The translations under genes were made by a program, and so were the position numbers. A DNA stretch of 64,000 bases from Synechococcus sp. (GTDB lineage Bacteria; Cyanobacteriota; Cyanobacteriia; Thermostichales; PCC-7336): NCBI GenBank assembly GCA_051439605.1, contig JBFRWN010000032.1:118041-182040 (forward strand), in the 5' to 3' direction. Below, piece after piece: positions 60,206 through 64,000 of the stretch (position 1 is its first letter; every line of letters begins with the position of its first letter). The notes under the pieces are model-generated. The model was not told the origin of the DNA. It ran no database searches and worked only from the letters and a program-made list of their open reading frames with translations.

Positions 60206-61405
60206 ATGGGTCGGGCCAAAAAGGTTGTACTGGCTTATTCCGGTGGTGTCGATACGACAGTCTGCATTCCCTACCTCAAGCATGAATGGGGTGTGGAATC
60301 TGTCGTCACCCTGGCCGTGGATTTGGGTCAAGGGGCCGAGCTTGAACCCATTCAAGCAAAGGCTCTAACAGCCGGTGCAGACCAATCCCTAATTAAAGAT
60401 GCCACCCAAGAGCTAATCAAAACCTACGCTTTTCCCGCCATCCAGGCTAACGCTGTTTACGAATCCCGCTACCCCCTCTCCACGGCACTAGCCCGCCCTC
60501 TGATTGCCAAAATGTTGGTGGAAGTAGCGAAAGAAGTCGGCGCTGATGCAGTAGCCCACGGTTGTACGGGCAAAGGCAACGACCAAGTGCGTTTCGATGT
60601 GGCAATTACCGCCCTCGATCCCTCCCTCAAAGTTCTTGCTCCTGCCCGCGAATGGGGCATGAGTCGTGAGGAAGCGATGGCTTACGGTGAAAAATATGGC
60701 CTCACCTTTCCTGTTAAAAAGTCTAGCCCCTACAGCATTGACTTGAATATTCTGGGACGCAGCGCCGAAGCCGGTATTTTAGAAGACCCCTGGGCGGAAC
60801 CACCAGCGGATGTCTATGCCCTAACCAAGGAGATCGCCGATACCCCCAATGAACCGACTTACATTGAAATTGACTTCGAACAGGGGATTCCGGTTGGCTT
60901 GGATGGCTCCGTAATGTCTCCCGTCCTGCTGTTCGAACGCCTGAATTCTTTGGCTGGCGAACACGGAATTGGTCGCATTGACATGATCGAAAACCGCCTA
61001 GTGGGTATTAAATCCCGAGAGATATACGAAACCCCTGCATTAGAGGTACTCATCACTGCCCACCGAGATTTGGAAAGCCTTGTCCTGACTAAGGATGTGA
61101 CTCAGTACAAAACGGGTATCGAACAAACCTACAGTCAACTGGTCTACAACGGCTTGTGGTACTCTCCGCTACGGGATGCACTGAATGGGTTTGTGGCCCA
61201 AACTCAAGAACGCGTCACTGGAACAGTGCGCATGTGTTTGCAGAAGGGCAAAGCAGTATGTGTTGGGCGCAAATCTGCTTACTCTCTCTACGATGAATCT
61301 TTGTCCACCTACAGCGAGGGGGATGCATTCGATCACAAGGCTGCGGAAGGCTTTATTTACGTGTGGGGGTTACCTACCCGTGTATGGTCTCAAGGACAGG
61401 GCTAG
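60206..61405 (+). CDS. argG: Argininosuccinate synthase
   Basis: [33 protein letters not shown]. Confidence 0.97.
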   Translation: MGRAKKVVLAYSGGVDTTVCIPYLKHEWGVESVVTLAVDLGQGAELEPIQAKALTAGADQSLIKDATQELIKTYAFPAIQANAVYESRYPLSTALARPLIAKMLVEVAKEVGADAVAHGCTGKGNDQVRFDVAITALDPSLKVLAPAREWGMSREEAMAYGEKYGLTFPVKKSSPYSIDLNILGRSAEAGILEDPWAEPPADVYALTKEIADTPNEPTYIEIDFEQGIPVGLDGSVMSPVLLFERLNSLAGEHGIGRIDMIENRLVGIKSREIYETPALEVLITAHRDLESLVLTKDVTQYKTGIEQTYSQLVYNGLWYSPLRDALNGFVAQTQERVTGTVRMCLQKGKAVCVGRKSAYSLYDESLSTYSEGDAFDHKAAEGFIYVWGLPTRVWSQGQG

Positions 61406-61598
61406 TATCAAGCACTTATTGTGTAGGACAATCCCCTCTCAACTCATCTGTGCTGTCTTCAACTTCGAGTGGTTGATGCGGTCTAGGACTGATCGTCCAT
61501 AGCTCCTTGACCGTCATCGATCCTGAAGCGAATTGATAAAACGTTGAAGAACTTCATTGAAATGTAGTCTCTGACACCCTTCGTCCTTGGGAATAGAG

Positions 61599-61613
61599 GT
61601 AGTCGTGACTACA
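61599..61613. promoter_or_regulatory. Candidate NtcA box
   Basis: GTA-GTCGTGAC-TACA; GTAGTC/GACTAC palindromic arms. Confidence 0.5.
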
Positions 61614-61696
61614 ATTAATTATCGCGAATGGCTGCAAACGCCATCGGTAGAGGTTGACAGCGTGGAGACGTTTGACTGGTTTGAGGGGACAGCGGA

Positions 61697-62098
61697 ATGA
61701 ACGCATCGGAAAAAGCGACATCCTTAGAGGTTGCATCTAAGATCGCGACTGTAGTGAATTTATTCCAGCGGGAGTTTCCCGGTGTCAAGGCAAATTTACA
61801 TCCTTGGGCAAACGATCGCGAAACACTCGAACAAACCGATCCGGATTCCATCGATTTAGGGTTTAACTTTCCCCCCGGAAAAACTCTTGTTCAGCTTAGG
61901 TTTGCGGGAGATCGGTTGATTGGTATCGATGCCGTCTGCTTTGGGCTGTTTAACAACCAGCGCTGGAAGTTTTCAACCATCGCAAATTGGGAATTTATGG
62001 GTTCAACTCCGCCCCTAAAGGGCTTTTGTGACAAGTTTAGGCGGGTATGTCGACAAATGTTTGAGGTATTTAACGGCTCGGCCGAACTTGCGAGTTAA
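61697..62098 (+). CDS. Conserved cyanobacterial hypothetical protein
   Basis: MNA...ASKIATVVNLF...PW..D..T...DPDSIDLGFNFP, recognised as a cyanobacterial family of unknown function. Confidence 0.75.
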   Translation: MNASEKATSLEVASKIATVVNLFQREFPGVKANLHPWANDRETLEQTDPDSIDLGFNFPPGKTLVQLRFAGDRLIGIDAVCFGLFNNQRWKFSTIANWEFMGSTPPLKGFCDKFRRVCRQMFEVFNGSAELAS

Positions 62099-62135
62099 CA
62101 GTCTTCTATCGCCAAAGGGTGCAATGCTCCGATAT

Positions 62136-63995
62136 TTACAGAGATTTACGCAAGTACTGCAGGAGGGTTGAAAGCTGCAAAATCCCCCAGTTTGCTATTG
62201 TCAAAAATAGATGTATTGCAATTGGCAGGGCCACAGACAACAGCCATTTCAGCAATTTGAAAGAGCCTTTCCACCCTCTGGTTGCGACTGTTTGCAAAAA
62301 ATGCCAGGTAATCGGCCAAAGCTCTTGAAAGAGAGCAATGCTCAGTTCTGCACTCGCAGTCGCGATCGCCTGCGATCGGTGGGTGCTGGCAACTAACCAC
62401 TCCCGCCCTTCATGGGGGGCACCCAGCAAGTTTATGGGTTTCGGTGCCCCTTCCGGCTCTACCAAGTCACACCACCATTGCCATGCTTTAAGCGCACCTT
62501 CCTCAATTGCAAATACTCCGCGATCGAGCCAATCAACTCCCTTGGATATTGGCGTTTGCTCGTATCCCAAATCGGTGGCTTCCACATCAATGTAAGTATT
62601 TGTGGGAGCTTGGCGCTGCCGAGTGGTATTGCGCAGCGTCGAGGATGGATGTTGCCGATGTTGGTTGTTGTTAGGTTTGAGCTTGTTGTTAGGTTTAGGC
62701 CTGTTGCATTGATTTTGATTGTTAACTGTGACTGAGTTGGCAGTTGCCTTCTCAACTGTGTCAATCCTCTTGGTCTTGGCCCCTGAGACAGCCACCTCGG
62801 GAGTAGCCATAGCGATGGGGATAGCAGTGACACTTGCTCGCTTTTGAGGCACGGCAGGGGACCGTCGCAATACAACCGAACCTCTGGCTGCAGGTCTCAG
62901 GAAACCGATCGTTGCTGGTTGCAAAAGTTTCAGCGGGGGGCTTGGGGGGAGGAGGGGGCTGCCTTCGACCTCACTGGTTGGTAGCGGTTGGGCAGCATTG
63001 GGGCGCGAAAGTTTGAGGAAGTTTTTCACCCAATGGGTTCTCCCAAATGGCAGCGCTCCCAAGTCGTTGCTGGTGGGCAGTGCCGACGATGAACCATTCG
63101 ACTCAGCGCTATCCTCTCGGTTCCAAACGACTTGAAATTGCTGCTGTAAGGTCCTCCAAGCTAAAGCGGTGCCCAATGGGGGTAAGGGCATCCCCTCTTC
63201 CGAAACAGAATGCGTGGGTAGGGCGGCTACCATCCTTGACCGCAGTTCCTGCAACGGTGGCTGAACCCATTCAGCCAACAACTGCCGAGCGGGAGGCAAG
63301 GCCAGACGAGCAGGCGCCTCGATGACCTTAGCCGCATGAGTTGGGATAGTGGAGATCGCCGCCTCTTGAATAACCCCCATCCAAGGGTGCTGAACCGCAG
63401 TTCGGGACAGATTGTAGATGGCATCCACCGACGACCGCACGAGCTTCTCTGTCGCGGCGGGCAACTGACGCAATCGGCGGGCAGGAAAGGCCAATTGCTC
63501 AATGGATTGCTGCCAACTATGTGGCTGGGGGGGCAGTTGCAGCGGTTGGGGAACGCTGAGTTGAACCAATTCTGCATCGATGTGTCGCAGGATTTCAGTC
63601 TGCTGTTGGTCCGTCAGACAATCCAAAATATCGTTATGCCGACTCACCAACACCAATTGGCGATGCTCGATTTGAGAGGCGATCGCACGGATCGCAACCT
63701 TGACGGGGCCTGTCTCAACCTGTTGGGTTCGGCAAAGGGCTGTTGGTGCTGTTGATTTTGCTAGCTTAGCTTCCGCCTTTGTAGACTGAGTCAAAGAAGG
63801 AGCCTGCAAGGAGAGTATCTGCGGACCGTCACCTAAATATGGGGCGGTACGCGCGTAGGTGAGAATTCGGGCGATCGCTTTGCTGGAACGTTTACTTGCA
63901 GCCTGCTTGCCATGCGGATTAGCAGCTTGGCCTAGCCGGTGAGTTTTGGATGAGGGAGCTACCTGTAAATGAGAGGCTTGCACCCTTTGCCACAT
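62136..63995 (-). CDS. Large hypothetical protein, possibly 5'-truncated by the window edge
   Basis: >=619-aa ORF, frame open to the edge; YIDVEATDLGYE block; Asn-rich repeat. Confidence 0.65.
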   Translation of the reverse strand: MWQRVQASHLQVAPSSKTHRLGQAANPHGKQAASKRSSKAIARILTYARTAPYLGDGPQILSLQAPSLTQSTKAEAKLAKSTAPTALCRTQQVETGPVKVAIRAIASQIEHRQLVLVSRHNDILDCLTDQQQTEILRHIDAELVQLSVPQPLQLPPQPHSWQQSIEQLAFPARRLRQLPAATEKLVRSSVDAIYNLSRTAVQHPWMGVIQEAAISTIPTHAAKVIEAPARLALPPARQLLAEWVQPPLQELRSRMVAALPTHSVSEEGMPLPPLGTALAWRTLQQQFQVVWNREDSAESNGSSSALPTSNDLGALPFGRTHWVKNFLKLSRPNAAQPLPTSEVEGSPLLPPSPPLKLLQPATIGFLRPAARGSVVLRRSPAVPQKRASVTAIPIAMATPEVAVSGAKTKRIDTVEKATANSVTVNNQNQCNRPKPNNKLKPNNNQHRQHPSSTLRNTTRQRQAPTNTYIDVEATDLGYEQTPISKGVDWLDRGVFAIEEGALKAWQWWCDLVEPEGAPKPINLLGAPHEGREWLVASTHRSQAIATASAELSIALFQELWPITWHFLQTVATRGWKGSFKLLKWLLSVALPIAIHLFLTIANWGILQLSTLLQYLRKSL

Positions 63996-64000
63996 CTGGT

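Larger units (their letters stand above)
1..64000. repeat. HIP1 (GCGATCGC) dispersed octamer
   Basis: Many copies across the window, e.g. near 4508, 9462, 39112, 39181, 41732. Confidence 0.95.

Overview
Cyanobacterial chromosome segment: HIP1 octamer GCGATCGC throughout, plus chlP, ftn2/zipN, a cyAbrB gene, sufBCD-sufR and gifA. It is mostly core genes (hisD, tal, larE-like, scpB, purB, ispH, egtC-egtB, ald, trxA, trpF, pyrD, argG) with one tRNA-Met(CAT). Several small or degraded elements are missed or unlabelled by the ORF track. (1) A decayed integron-like locus at 39.5-41.0 kb: frameshifted intI-like remnant, attI-like GTTAAAC site, a cassette-like hydrolase gene and an IS1634 fragment. 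(2) An unannotated 31-aa membrane peptide with an NtcA-type box and its own terminator at 22.7-22.97 kb. (3) A His-rich out-of-frame ORF created by a 19-bp duplication over the hisD start. (4) A TerB-like + Pycsar-TM-effector gene pair with no cyclase. (5) A coiled-coil protein with a Tyr/Asn/Pro/Gly prion-like tail. (6) An integrase N-terminal remnant behind the tRNA. (7) A hairpin motif present twice, 15 kb apart. All family calls are by-eye motif recognition; no database searches were run.
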